From assembly GCA_050287085.1 (NCBI GenBank), contig JBNKBE010000011.1, positions 32,001 to 96,000 on the forward strand: a stretch of DNA of 64,000 nucleotides. Direction: 5' to 3'. The position numbers and the translations under genes were made by a program. Below, piece by piece: positions 20,123 through 30,031 of the stretch (within the stretch, counting starts at the first letter, position 1; each line of letters opens with the position of its first letter). A model generated the notes under the pieces. That model worked only from the letters and a program-made list of their open reading frames with translations. It searched no databases and was not told the DNA's origin. This DNA comes from Polyangiaceae bacterium. GTDB taxonomy: Bacteria > Myxococcota_A > Polyangia > Polyangiales > Polyangiaceae.

Positions 20123-20719
20123 TCAGCGCTGCGCTTTGGCGTCCCGAATCAGACGCTCAAAGGCCGCGCGCGCCCGCTGCTCCCAGCGAGGATCGCGAAG
20201 CAGCCTACGGTAATGATGCAGCGCGTAGAACAGCGCCTGCAGCTCGAAGGCAAAGTCTTCCGGGTCCAGCTCACGCCGAAAATGTCCAAGCTCCTGCGAC
20301 TGCTTGGCGCACCGCGCCAAGGTATCAGCCCAGCGTCGCTGAGCCTCCACAACGCGGTCCCGCACCGCCCCCGGCTGGTCGTCGAACTCCAATGCGGCCG
20401 CGATGAAAACACAGCCGCCGGGCAGATCGTCCAGGCCCGTCCAAGCCACATAGTTCTCAAAGAGGGCTCGAACCCTAGGTTCACCACGAGGCTGCCTGAA
20501 TGCTGGGCGAATAGCAAAGTCCACAAAGCGCTCGGCTGCCTGGTCCAAGACCGCAATCTGCAACTGCTGCTTCGAACCGAAATGAGCAAAGAGACCTGAT
20601 TTCGATAACTTGAGCTGACGCGCCAGCGTGCCTAGCGTGAGCTGAGACAATCCCAGCAGGCTCGCGCTGGTGAGAGCGGTTTCGACAATCCGCGCGCGGG
20701 TGGAGACGCCTCGAACCAT
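20123..20719 (-). CDS. TetR/AcrR family transcriptional regulator
   Basis: HTH LTLGTLARQLKLSKSGLFAHFGSK; GGCVF..AALEFDD C-terminal motif. Confidence 0.93.
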   Translation of the reverse strand: MVRGVSTRARIVETALTSASLLGLSQLTLGTLARQLKLSKSGLFAHFGSKQQLQIAVLDQAAERFVDFAIRPAFRQPRGEPRVRALFENYVAWTGLDDLPGGCVFIAAALEFDDQPGAVRDRVVEAQRRWADTLARCAKQSQELGHFRRELDPEDFAFELQALFYALHHYRRLLRDPRWEQRARAAFERLIRDAKAQR

Positions 20720-20731
20720 GGCGCTCGATTT

Positions 20732-20749
20732 AGCACGACCGTTCGTATT
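20732..20749. promoter_or_regulatory. Putative TetR autoregulatory operator
   Basis: Imperfect palindrome AGCACGACCGTTCGTATT 12 bp upstream of the tetR ATG. Confidence 0.65.
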
Positions 20750-20851
20750 GGCAAGATCCCACTTACGTCTGGGAGTCGAATACACCCCCAGGGTGTGGCC
20801 TCCCACGCCACGCCACCAATTCGGCTCGGGTCTTCGCTCGCCCGCCAGCTA

Positions 20852-21526
20852 TCAGGCGGCGTGGGCCAGATGGATTTTTTCAGCCAAGCCAGCGCGGAAG
20901 AAGCGGCGAAGAAACTCGAGCGGATACCGCCCTGAGTGTGGCCGCGCGCGACGGCGAATCATGCGCAGACAGAGACGTGCCGCAAGATCGTTGGCGCGCC
21001 GGTACAAGACCCCGAGCTCGGTGTCTTGGGCGTGCAAGTAGGATACGCGCTCGAAAAGCCAGTGGTGCAGCCGTTCTGGGGCATGGGGCTGCGATACGTC
21101 CAGGACGTCCCATAATAAGGTGAACTTGTCCACCTCGGCCTGGAACTCAAGCTCAAGGTGTGACGTGGGGCGGTCGGTACGAGCCCGCTCCGCCAGGTGC
21201 ACGAAGTGGCTGACGCCTTCTACTACTTCCGCGTAGGCGTCACTGGTGGCCGGACTTCGCGTACCAAGATGACGCGGGAACACCACCTGCAGTTCGACCA
21301 CGCCATGTCGCTCACGGACCCATACCTTTTCGGAGTCGGCCTCAGCGACAAGGGTTGTGAAGCGTGTCACGTCGGGTGCGGGCTCAAGGGCGTATAAGGC
21401 CTGCAGGCGACGCTGCGTGTCGACCAGCAGCGGCCCCAACTCTCCAAGCTCAGCCGAGTCTCCGTCTGGAGTCGTCGCCCGCGCCTCGGTATCAAGACTG
21501 GGGGCAACATGCTCAGGTGTAGTCAT
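20852..21526 (-). CDS. Hypothetical protein
   Basis: Clean ORF with conserved-looking motifs EGVSHF, ELEFQAEVDKF, YRRAN. Confidence 0.7.
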   Translation of the reverse strand: MTTPEHVAPSLDTEARATTPDGDSAELGELGPLLVDTQRRLQALYALEPAPDVTRFTTLVAEADSEKVWVRERHGVVELQVVFPRHLGTRSPATSDAYAEVVEGVSHFVHLAERARTDRPTSHLELEFQAEVDKFTLLWDVLDVSQPHAPERLHHWLFERVSYLHAQDTELGVLYRRANDLAARLCLRMIRRRARPHSGRYPLEFLRRFFRAGLAEKIHLAHAA

Positions 21527-21793
21527 GGGGCTTGCAATGCGCGCGAAGGGCGCGCTGGATACTGTAGCTCAGCGGGGCGTGACCGCCACTGGGAGCGGCC
21601 TACCCAGCTCGCGAAGCCAGGACTTTGGGGACGGTACCATTGCGCCGTGTGTCCCTTCGGCGGTCACGGGGAAGGCGACGTGCCGGGGTCACGGGCCCAT
21701 GGGCCGCCCGTGGTGACCCCGGCCGCGACGGAATCGTCCGCAGCCGGCGTTAGAACCAGCAGACCGCACGCGTAGAACGCTCGAAGGAGTCCT

Positions 21794-22411
21794 ATGATAA
21801 AGCAACTCATTCCCCTGACCGTCGCCGCTGGCGTTCTGATCGCAGCCTCGGCAAGCGCTAGGCCCCCCGCTGCATCCTTGGCCGATCGACGTTTTGCGCA
21901 GCTGGACCGAAACGGCGACGGGCTGCTCTCCAGTGCCGAACTGCACCCCTCTATCTACACCGCTGTCAAGCGGGCCGACGTGAACGGCGACGGAACGATC
22001 AGCGGCGAGGAGATCCAACTCACCGCCAAGCTCTTTCACGAGCAACGCATCCGGAACGCATTGCGCCGCTTGGACGTAAACGGAAACGGTCGAGTGGACG
22101 ACGGCGAAGGTCTCGGCCAGCGGCGTTTCAGACGGCTCGACCACAACCGGGACGGTGCTGTTTCTCCCCAGGAGCTCGGAGCGCACGCGAAGCGCCCGAC
22201 CACGCTGGGCATCTTCGCGAAGTTGGACCGCAACGGAGACGGGCAGATCGATCGTCACGAAGCGGTCGCCCCAGGCGCCCGCGCTCTGGCCTCGGACACG
22301 AACGGCGACGGCTACCTCAGTCGCGAGGAGTTCCGGGCCGGCTACCGTGTACGAAAAAGCTTGGTCTCTCCGCCTCCCAGAAAGGAGAAAGGCGCCGGCA
22401 CCCCGCGTTGA
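21794..22411 (+). CDS. Secreted EF-hand calcium-binding protein
   Basis: AAGGAG RBS, signal peptide, six Dx[DN]xD/NG...E loops (e.g. DRNGDGLLSSAE, DTNGDGYLSREE). Confidence 0.88.
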   Translation: MIKQLIPLTVAAGVLIAASASARPPAASLADRRFAQLDRNGDGLLSSAELHPSIYTAVKRADVNGDGTISGEEIQLTAKLFHEQRIRNALRRLDVNGNGRVDDGEGLGQRRFRRLDHNRDGAVSPQELGAHAKRPTTLGIFAKLDRNGDGQIDRHEAVAPGARALASDTNGDGYLSREEFRAGYRVRKSLVSPPPRKEKGAGTPR

Positions 22412-22992
22412 CCGCCTCCGGAGAAGACCCGTCGTTGACGATCCACAACCAGCACGCCCGCGACGCGGCGCTCATGTCACGCGTCGCGGGCGGCGAGGCC
22501 CAGGCGTTCCGTCAGTTGTCGGAGCTCTACCTGGAACGGCTCTATCGCCACGCCAAACGCACGTTGAAAAGCGATTCGGAAGCGGAGGACGTAACCCAAG
22601 AGGTGATGCTGCGACTGTGGCAGGCCGCGCCCGACTGGAAACCCCAGGCAAAAGTGGGGACCTGGCTCTATCGCGTCACACTCAATCTATGCATCGACCG
22701 CATCCGAAAGCGCAGACCAGAAAGCGACCAGGTCGACGAACTCGCCCACGACTCGATTCGCCCTGGACAGCTTCTCGAGCGTCGACAAGTCGCCGAGCAC
22801 GTACGCAGCGCGATTGGCGACTTGCCCGAACGACAGCGCCACGCGCTCGAGCTGTCGCACTTCGACGGCTTGGGCAATCCAGATGTCGCAGAAGTCTTGG
22901 GGGTCTCGGTGGAGGCGGTCGAGAGCCTGCTTTCCCGAGCCCGGCAGAAACTCAAAGCTGCTCTAGATGGCCTACAAGGAGCTGAACAATGA
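22408..22992 (+). CDS. ECF sigma-70 factor
   Basis: AEDVTQEVMLRLW, TWLYRVTLNLCID, LPERQR, VEAVESLLSRARQKL. Confidence 0.93.
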   Translation: MTASGEDPSLTIHNQHARDAALMSRVAGGEAQAFRQLSELYLERLYRHAKRTLKSDSEAEDVTQEVMLRLWQAAPDWKPQAKVGTWLYRVTLNLCIDRIRKRRPESDQVDELAHDSIRPGQLLERRQVAEHVRSAIGDLPERQRHALELSHFDGLGNPDVAEVLGVSVEAVESLLSRARQKLKAALDGLQGAEQ

Positions 22993-23297
22993 ACCGCCCT
23001 TACGATGATCTCGATGCAATCTTGGCCGACATCGCGGCGACCGAAAGGGACGAGCCCAGTGCAGCCCTGCGTCGGCAGGTCGCTGAAATACCGCTACGTC
23101 ACCCACGACCTGAACGCTACCGGCCCAACTTCGGGCGGTTGTGGACCTGGTCGAGCGCGGGTCTGTTTGCCCTTTGCCTCGGAGCTGGGAGCGGATGGTG
23201 GTTGCCTTCGGGGGCGCAGTCCGCCAACGACCAAGACGATTGGGACGAGTTGACCTCGATTGCGCTGGGAGAAGATCTGCTAGGAGGTGCACCATGA
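22989..23297 (+). CDS. Putative anti-sigma membrane protein
   Basis: ATGA overlap with the sigma gene; single TM segment (SAGLFALCLGAGSGWW). Confidence 0.7.
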   Translation: MNRPYDDLDAILADIAATERDEPSAALRRQVAEIPLRHPRPERYRPNFGRLWTWSSAGLFALCLGAGSGWWLPSGAQSANDQDDWDELTSIALGEDLLGGAP

Positions 23298-23734
23298 CGC
23301 GCTCCCGCTGGGCGATCGTGGCGCTGGTCTCGCTCGGACTGAATCTATTTGCCCTCGGCTTCTTCGTCAGTCGTGGTCTGAGAGAGCAGACGCGCCCGAT
23401 GGAACGTGCCCCCTTCGGCCTGCATCAGCTGCTGCGCTCAACTGAGAATTCGGCGCTCAGGACGACACTGCGCGCTCAGCTCGACGCGTTGCGGCCCCAA
23501 CGACAAGCCCTACGAGCAACGCGCCGCGCTGTGCGCGAGGCTCTGGAGGCAGAACCTTTTGATTCCGAGCGAGCTCGCAAGGCGCTCGAAGAGCTACGCG
23601 CGAAACGCTTGAGCCTGGAGGCGCAAATGCACAAGCTGCTCGTCGAGACCGCAAGTCAGCTCTCCGTTGGCGACCGAAAACGGCTGACGGAGCACAATTG
23701 GAGGCGTCGCGGACAAGGCCCCGCGCAACGCTGA
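23294..23734 (+). CDS. Periplasmic heavy-metal sensor / Spy-CpxP-like protein
   Basis: AGGAGG RBS; SLGLNLFALG anchor; helical body with AEPFD and LSVGDRKRL (LTxxQR-like). Confidence 0.8.
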   Translation: MTRSRWAIVALVSLGLNLFALGFFVSRGLREQTRPMERAPFGLHQLLRSTENSALRTTLRAQLDALRPQRQALRATRRAVREALEAEPFDSERARKALEELRAKRLSLEAQMHKLLVETASQLSVGDRKRLTEHNWRRRGQGPAQR

Positions 23735-23806
23735 GCACGCCCTGTGCGCTCCGCACCCAAGACGATGGCACGCGGCCCACGCTGGGGCGAACCGGCCCGG
23801 GCGATA

Positions 23807-23992
23807 TCACCCGCACAAGCGACGGGCGGGTGCCGAAGCGGACAACACCGCCGACGGATGCAGGGACCGAGGCGCTTCTGACCTGACGCGGTTGCGACGA
23901 CGGTGGGCAAGCAGCAGCGGCAACGCGAGCAATCCTCCCGGAACCAGGAGAACAACCGCCCACAACGTCCACTTGATAAGACCCTTCTGCAC
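23807..23992 (-). CDS. Small membrane protein
   Basis: Hydrophobic hairpin WTLWAVVLLVPGGLLALPLLL followed by a basic tail. Confidence 0.4.
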   Translation of the reverse strand: MQKGLIKWTLWAVVLLVPGGLLALPLLLAHRRRNRVRSEAPRSLHPSAVLSASAPARRLCG

Positions 23993-24288
23993 CCGATACC
24001 ACCACGCCGAGCCCCAAAGCTCGAGCAAAGCAAGACAACCTACCGCCACCTAGGCAAAACTCTTCACTCTCTATAAGCACGGCGTATGCCAAGGTTCCTG
24101 AAGCCTCCGCAAGGCTCGATTTGTGGAGGCGGCCTCCGCGCGGTGTGACGTTGCCGTCACACTGGCACACGCCTCCGCCGCTGCTGGCTGCGCCCTGAAT
24201 GCAACCGGTCCGACCTTGAGCGAGAGCCCCCGCGCCGAACGGGTTCACGTCGCCTGCTCAGTCACGCTGTGATAGCGTCGCGTTCGCG

Positions 24289-25359
24289 ATGGGTTCAGAA
24301 CGTCTTGGGGTGGCTGCGGTCGTATTGTTCCTGTCCGCCTCAGCATGCGCTCGGGCGCCGTCGACCCGCGACGCAGGCTCGGACGCCGGCGGGAGCCTGG
24401 ACCGCGACGACGCTTCGACCCGCGACGACGGCGCAGCAAGGCCTCACACCGTCGTCATCGATCCAAGCGAGAAGTCGTGGTTCCTTTCGACGTGGGGCAG
24501 CTCGAGTGACGATCGCTACGCCGCAGGCGGAACCCCCGAGGAGGGACGCATCTACCACTTCGACGGCAAGAGCTGGACGCGGGAAACCCTGCCCACCGAC
24601 ACCCCTCTTGTCAACTGGGTGTTTGGGTTTGGCCCAAGCGATGTTTTCGCCGTGACCAACGCTGGCGGCGTGTTGCATTTCGACGGTGACGCCTGGACCG
24701 CGGACGACACGCCCACCAATGAAGATCTGTGGGGCGTTTGGGGGGCCGCTCGAGATGACCTCTGGGCGGTAGGCGGTAGCGGTAGCCGACAAGCCCAAGC
24801 GACTCTGCTGCACTACGACGGTGAGAATTGGAGTGAAGTGCCGACCGAAATAGACCGCCCGGGAGTTCACGCCTACTTCAAAGTCTGGGGCACCAGCGCG
24901 CGCAACGTGTACGTAGTGGGACAAAACGGCGTGATGCAGCACTTCAATGGGACATCGTGGACGGAGCTAAATGTCGGGGCCTCGGACGATCTGATTGCCC
25001 TTTGGGGCACAGGTCCGAAGAACATCGTAGCGGTCGGCGGCCGCAGTAGCGCGATCGTCAGTCGCTTCGATGGCGACGAGTGGACGACGAAGACCCTGTT
25101 CGCGACTCCTGGTGCCAACGGGATCTGGATGCGCAACAACAGGACTGCTCACCTCGCCTTGACCAAGGGGTACTTAGCACGTTTGGACCTAGAGAGCTTG
25201 GAGGTCGCCCTCGACCCAAGTGACGAGTTTCTGGACTTCCACGCGGTGTTCGGCACTTCCGACGGTGTACTGACAGCCGTCGGCCTGAACGCTGAGGCGT
25301 CACTCACACACAGTTATGAAGGTCTCGTCGTAGAGCGAGACTTGGAGGCGAGCGAATGA
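24289..25359 (+). CDS. Trp-rich beta-propeller-like lipoprotein
   Basis: Lipobox ASAC; repeated L.gvWG....v.AVG....i.hfDG..W units. Confidence 0.75.
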   Translation: MGSERLGVAAVVLFLSASACARAPSTRDAGSDAGGSLDRDDASTRDDGAARPHTVVIDPSEKSWFLSTWGSSSDDRYAAGGTPEEGRIYHFDGKSWTRETLPTDTPLVNWVFGFGPSDVFAVTNAGGVLHFDGDAWTADDTPTNEDLWGVWGAARDDLWAVGGSGSRQAQATLLHYDGENWSEVPTEIDRPGVHAYFKVWGTSARNVYVVGQNGVMQHFNGTSWTELNVGASDDLIALWGTGPKNIVAVGGRSSAIVSRFDGDEWTTKTLFATPGANGIWMRNNRTAHLALTKGYLARLDLESLEVALDPSDEFLDFHAVFGTSDGVLTAVGLNAEASLTHSYEGLVVERDLEASE

Positions 25360-27698
25360 CTGCATACAAAGCGCCCTGGGCGCTCATTACCGGCCTGACA
25401 GCGGCGCTTGCCAGCTGCAACTCAAGCGATCTTTCAAATTCAGCGAGTCACGAAGCCGAACTCGCCGAGGACATCTTTGCTCCCCTGGGCGAGCCATTGC
25501 CCTTCGCCACGGACGCACAACGAGACACCTTCCAACGCGGCGCCGACCTGGCCCAGCACCGATTCACGACCGAGGAAGGACTCGGGCCCCAATTCAATGT
25601 TTCATTCTGCGGCGCCTGCCATGAGAAGCCAGTATCGGGCGGCGGCGCAGGCCGATACCGAAACTTCTTGCTCACCGGCGCACGCCTAACCGACGATAGT
25701 TTCGTCCCCACCGGGACCAATGGAGTCGGGCTCCAATTCTCCTTCGACGACCCCATGCGCGTCGCCGACGATCCTGACACCAACCGGCGCGCAACACGCA
25801 ATCCCATCCCCTTTTTCGGAGTCGGCTTGCTCGCCGAATTGGAGAACGAAGATCTCCTCCCAAACGCCGATCCCGAGGATGAAGATGGCGACGGCATCAG
25901 CGGACGCCCCAACTACGATTCCGGCTTCGTCGGGCGCTTCGGTCGCAAAGCACAGACCGTCTCGATCGAAGGGTTCATTCGAGGGCCCCTATTCAATCAC
26001 CTGGGGATCACCTCGAATCCACTCAGCAACGCGCGGCGCAACGACTTGCCCGTACCCAGTGGTTCAGAGGACGTCCGCCGGCGGCTGAGTGGCACCTTCG
26101 CTCAACTGGGCCAGGCGCAGGCAGCGGCCCCGGGTGAACCCATTTTCGACGACGATGGCGTCCACGATCCAGAACTCGGCGCCGACGACCTATTCGACCT
26201 GGTGTCGTTTGCGATGCTGCTCGCAGTGCCGGAGCCCGAGGCTTTGATAGGAGATGCACTGGAAGGCTCCGAACTGTTCCGAGAGATCGGCTGTACCGGC
26301 TGCCACGTTCAAACGTTGACCAGCCGCCGCGGCAAGCTCCCCGTCTACAGCGACCTCTTGCTGCACGACATGGGCGAGGCAATGGCCGATGGAATCGACA
26401 TGCAGGGCGCTCGGGGCAACGAGTTTCGGACTCAACCCCTGTGGGGGGTCGCCGCGGTGGGCCCCTATCTGCACGATGGCCGCGCCGATACGCTCGAAGA
26501 AGCGATCGAGGCGCACGGCGGAGAAGCCGAGGATTCGGCACGCGCGTTTTCGGACTTGACCCGCCGCGAACGCGCGGCGGTCGTCGAGTTTCTGCTCTCG
26601 CTGGGCGGCCGCGATCAGATGACGGCAGGGCTTCTCCCCCCCGACAGCAAGGTCGCAGACGTGGGCGAGCCTGGGGGGCCGCTGCGTCGTCTCTCAGCCG
26701 ACGAGCTCCAGCGCTTCGCGACGGGCCGCGCGGTATTTGATCGCGATTTCTCGTTGGAGGCGGGCCTGGGCCCGCGTTTCAACGGAGACGCTTGCCGCGC
26801 ATGCCACTTTGAACCCTCGCTGGGCGGAGCGGGTCCCCTCGGCGTCAACGTCATACGACAAGGCCGACTGCAGAAGGGACACTTCGCCATGCCCGAAGGC
26901 GGCACGGTGGCGCACCGCCTGCTCACTCAGCGCGACGCGCGTGCTCCCATCGATCCCAAGGCCAAGCTATTCGAACAGCGACAGACGCCCTCGCTCTTTG
27001 GGCTAGGCCTGTTGGAACGAATCCCGGAAGAACAGATCATTGCGCGGGCCGACCCTGATGACGAAGACGGTGACGGTATCAGCGGGCGACCCCACCGCCT
27101 CGCCGACGGACGACTCGGACGCCTGGGATGGAAGGCCAACGTGCCGACGCTCGCGGAGTTTGCCCGCGACGCCTTGTCCACGGAAGTCGGCATCTCCGTG
27201 CCACCGTCGGAGACTGAAACGTTTGGCTACGAGGACGACGAGGACGACGCGGCCGATCCCGAAATCTCTGCCGAAGACCTCGCCGCACTCGTCTTTTTCA
27301 TGGAAAACCTGGCCGTGCCCAAGCCCTCCCGTCGGGGGAAAAAGGAACTCGCCGGGGAGGCACTTTTCGAGAAGCTGCGCTGTTTGCAATGCCATGCAGG
27401 ACCTCTCGAAACTGACGAGGGTATCGAACTGTACGCGTACACGGATTTGTTGCTGCACGACGTGGCTCCCGACGGCTACGTCGGCATTGCCGATGGCGAC
27501 GCTGGCTCACGTGAGTTTCGAACGCCGCCGCTGTGGGGGCTCGTCCATACTGGCCCGTATATGCACGATGGTCACGCCATGACGCTCGAAGCCGCCATCC
27601 TGGCGCACCGTGGTGAAGCTGAAGAGAGCCGCGACGGCTATCGGGTGTTGTCGCCAGCAGAGAAAGCGGAGCTACTGGCTTTTCTCGAGTCGCTATGA
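25356..27698 (+). CDS. Tandem di-haem oxidoreductase (DHOR-like) lipoprotein with four CxxCH motifs
   Basis: CGACH, CTGCH, CRACH, CLQCH; duplicated GLGP.FN, ADP.DEDGDGISGRP, DLLLHD, EFRT.PLWG, Y.HDG motifs; lipobox LASC. Confidence 0.88.
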   Translation: MTAYKAPWALITGLTAALASCNSSDLSNSASHEAELAEDIFAPLGEPLPFATDAQRDTFQRGADLAQHRFTTEEGLGPQFNVSFCGACHEKPVSGGGAGRYRNFLLTGARLTDDSFVPTGTNGVGLQFSFDDPMRVADDPDTNRRATRNPIPFFGVGLLAELENEDLLPNADPEDEDGDGISGRPNYDSGFVGRFGRKAQTVSIEGFIRGPLFNHLGITSNPLSNARRNDLPVPSGSEDVRRRLSGTFAQLGQAQAAAPGEPIFDDDGVHDPELGADDLFDLVSFAMLLAVPEPEALIGDALEGSELFREIGCTGCHVQTLTSRRGKLPVYSDLLLHDMGEAMADGIDMQGARGNEFRTQPLWGVAAVGPYLHDGRADTLEEAIEAHGGEAEDSARAFSDLTRRERAAVVEFLLSLGGRDQMTAGLLPPDSKVADVGEPGGPLRRLSADELQRFATGRAVFDRDFSLEAGLGPRFNGDACRACHFEPSLGGAGPLGVNVIRQGRLQKGHFAMPEGGTVAHRLLTQRDARAPIDPKAKLFEQRQTPSLFGLGLLERIPEEQIIARADPDDEDGDGISGRPHRLADGRLGRLGWKANVPTLAEFARDALSTEVGISVPPSETETFGYEDDEDDAADPEISAEDLAALVFFMENLAVPKPSRRGKKELAGEALFEKLRCLQCHAGPLETDEGIELYAYTDLLLHDVAPDGYVGIADGDAGSREFRTPPLWGLVHTGPYMHDGHAMTLEAAILAHRGEAEESRDGYRVLSPAEKAELLAFLESL

Positions 27699-27762
27699 AT
27701 CACGCTCGAACGAGCCCTCGTATCTCCTGAGCCAGCAGCTACCACCCCACAAGCCGCCAACG

Positions 27763-28689
27763 ATGAAATCGCTCCGCAACGCGCTGGGACAAGCCGCCCT
27801 TGCGCTGGTGTTATTGGTCTCGCCCGCGCTCGGGGCTGACGGCGCTTCGAAACGAGCCAGCTCGGCGCTGGTACTCGACGTGGCGCGTGTCGTCGCCGCC
27901 GAGCAGGCCGAGGGCTGGTTCTCAGACGTGCCTGCGCTCGAAAGGACCAGTGCCGCGCTACTGCAATCCGTTTGCCTCAGCGAAGCTGGAGTGCGGACGA
28001 CGGCGCTTGCTCTGCTGCGCCAGCGTGCAAAACACGGTTCGGCGCGGCGTCACTACGCCGCTGTTGGCGAAGAACTGACTGCGAGCGTGCAGACCCTGCT
28101 CACCCGAGAGCGAGAGCTTGCGACGCTCGAGCGGACGCTCCTTCGCCTGTCGGAGTGCCCCTTCTACGCCAAGCCCCGGCGCGACTTCGTTGGACTCCAA
28201 TCGGAGAGCTATAAATGGACTCTGCACCTCGAAGGGGGCGGTCTCGGTGAACTCGCGCGGAGTCAGGGCCAACTGACGATCGGCGGAGGCGCAGCCGGCC
28301 GACTCCTCCTAGGTCGCGGTTTCGAAAGCCACAGCCTCCTCGGCGGACTGGAGGTCACCGGCAGTGTCGCGGTGCCTCCAGCAGCGCAGTCACAATCGGT
28401 GGCCATGGACTACGCCGTGGGTGCGCCGGTAGTGTTGCGATTCCGCGAAGCCCTGTGGCTATACGATATCGAGCTCTCTCCGCTCTTTGCCTTCTCGCCC
28501 GCAAGCTGGCTTCCGCGCTACGGCGGACGCCTCGGACTCGGGGTGGGTATCGCCACGCTCAAGACCCGCGGTCTCTTGCCTTGGGCCGGTGTGTTCCTGA
28601 CAGCGGAGCAACTCCAAGGGCGGGGCGAGGTGCCAACTCGGCAGTCGCTGCGGGGCGGGTTTCGCGTGGGACTCCGCTTTCCCGGATAG
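27763..28689 (+). CDS. Hypothetical exported protein with a probable C-terminal beta-barrel
   Basis: Signal peptide; amphipathic strands ending GFRVGLRFPG. Confidence 0.6.
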   Translation: MKSLRNALGQAALALVLLVSPALGADGASKRASSALVLDVARVVAAEQAEGWFSDVPALERTSAALLQSVCLSEAGVRTTALALLRQRAKHGSARRHYAAVGEELTASVQTLLTRERELATLERTLLRLSECPFYAKPRRDFVGLQSESYKWTLHLEGGGLGELARSQGQLTIGGGAAGRLLLGRGFESHSLLGGLEVTGSVAVPPAAQSQSVAMDYAVGAPVVLRFREALWLYDIELSPLFAFSPASWLPRYGGRLGLGVGIATLKTRGLLPWAGVFLTAEQLQGRGEVPTRQSLRGGFRVGLRFPG

Positions 28690-28769
28690 GCTCCTTGGCG
28701 ACGGCCGACGAGAACACGGGCGGGGACAATCCGATTGACACGCTTGCGGCAGCGTGGCTTGACCCAAAT

Positions 28770-29225
28770 ATGACGCTCTCCCACGTGAAGTTCGCGCTTT
28801 ACGGTTTTGCTGCGGGCCTCGTCGTGGCGGCCCTGACCTGGCTTTTTGCCTGGTGGAAGCATCGGGCGCTGCAAGGTGATCTGAAGGTCCTAAGGCGCCA
28901 CCTCCACACGCAGATGGAGATAAGCCAAGAAGGCGCGGAGAACCGTAGAGAGGCCCTCAACGAACTCCGGCGCCAAAACGAAAACCTGCGCGTCACCGTG
29001 AAGGCTCTGTCGCACAAGCCGGGTAGGAAGGAGCTCCGCCAACTCGCCATCTACGATCATGCATTGCACTTGATGCTGGCCCGAGCCCCCGGCTTCTCGA
29101 TGGCCTGGGAGGCTGCCTTGGGCGAAGCGGAACAGCACCACGCGCAAGTGGACGAAGGACTCATCGGCTTTGCTAAGCGGCTGGTGCTCCCCAGTCAGAA
29201 GAAAGACCCCAAGGCCTCACCCTAG
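28770..29225 (+). CDS. Hypothetical membrane-anchored coiled-coil protein
   Basis: N-terminal TM, coiled coil, APGF..AWE motif. Confidence 0.7.
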   Translation: MTLSHVKFALYGFAAGLVVAALTWLFAWWKHRALQGDLKVLRRHLHTQMEISQEGAENRREALNELRRQNENLRVTVKALSHKPGRKELRQLAIYDHALHLMLARAPGFSMAWEAALGEAEQHHAQVDEGLIGFAKRLVLPSQKKDPKASP

Positions 29226-29268
29226 CCCGCCGCCGACAAGACCTGCCGCAGCGCGCCTGTTTGAGGAT

Positions 29269-29745
29269 TCAGCGCGAAGACGGCAGCACGTAGACCCTCA
29301 CCGGTACAACCCCGGCGCGGATCATCTCCAAGTGCTCGGCGGCCCGGCGCGAAAGGTCGATGATGCGCTCCGGACCCGCAAAGGGTCCGCGATCGGTGAT
29401 CGTCACGCACACGGCCCGCGCGGGCACGTCGCTGCGTTGAACCAAGACGCGCGTTCCGAAGGGAAGCGTGCGATGGGCGGCGGTCAAGCGCCCCGGGTCA
29501 TAGACCTCACCGCTAGCAGTCTTGTTCCCAGCTAAGCTATCACCGTAGTAGGTGGCTTTGCCCTCCAACACCTGCTCGGGTGCGAGAGCCATCTCGTACG
29601 AGCCACAGCCGCTCGCTTCCGGCGAGCCAGCAACCTCCGGGGGGGGCGTGGGTTGACAGGCGATGCCCAATGCGAAGCCGCAGCCCCACAGGACGTTGTG
29701 GCGGTTGCGACGAAACCTGCGTGAATCCGGGTTCCTTGGCATCAT
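29269..29745 (-). CDS. rlpA: RlpA family septal ring lytic transglycosylase (DPBB domain)
   Basis: G.ATYYG, TASGE, LTAAHRTLPFGT, ITDRGPF, IIDLSRRAA. Confidence 0.9.
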   Translation of the reverse strand: MMPRNPDSRRFRRNRHNVLWGCGFALGIACQPTPPPEVAGSPEASGCGSYEMALAPEQVLEGKATYYGDSLAGNKTASGEVYDPGRLTAAHRTLPFGTRVLVQRSDVPARAVCVTITDRGPFAGPERIIDLSRRAAEHLEMIRAGVVPVRVYVLPSSR

Positions 29746-30031
29746 CCACCGGCATACCACGCGTGGGGCTGGCGGAAACGAACACCCGCGGCGGGCCGGA
29801 TGGTGGAACATCTCGCTCTCGGAGGCAGGAAATGACTGGGGTGCTACCTCGTTGATGCCCAGCTGAGTCCACAACAGCCGCAAGCGAGGCGTAATCTTCC
29901 ATTCAAGGCGGGAACGCGGCGAGACGCACGCCAGAAAGCCCCTGCGAAGTAAACTAAAACTTGGCGCGTACGTAGTCATTCCTAGACTTAAGTAGTCTGA
30001 CCGGGCCGAATTGGCACTGAGAACGGAACCC

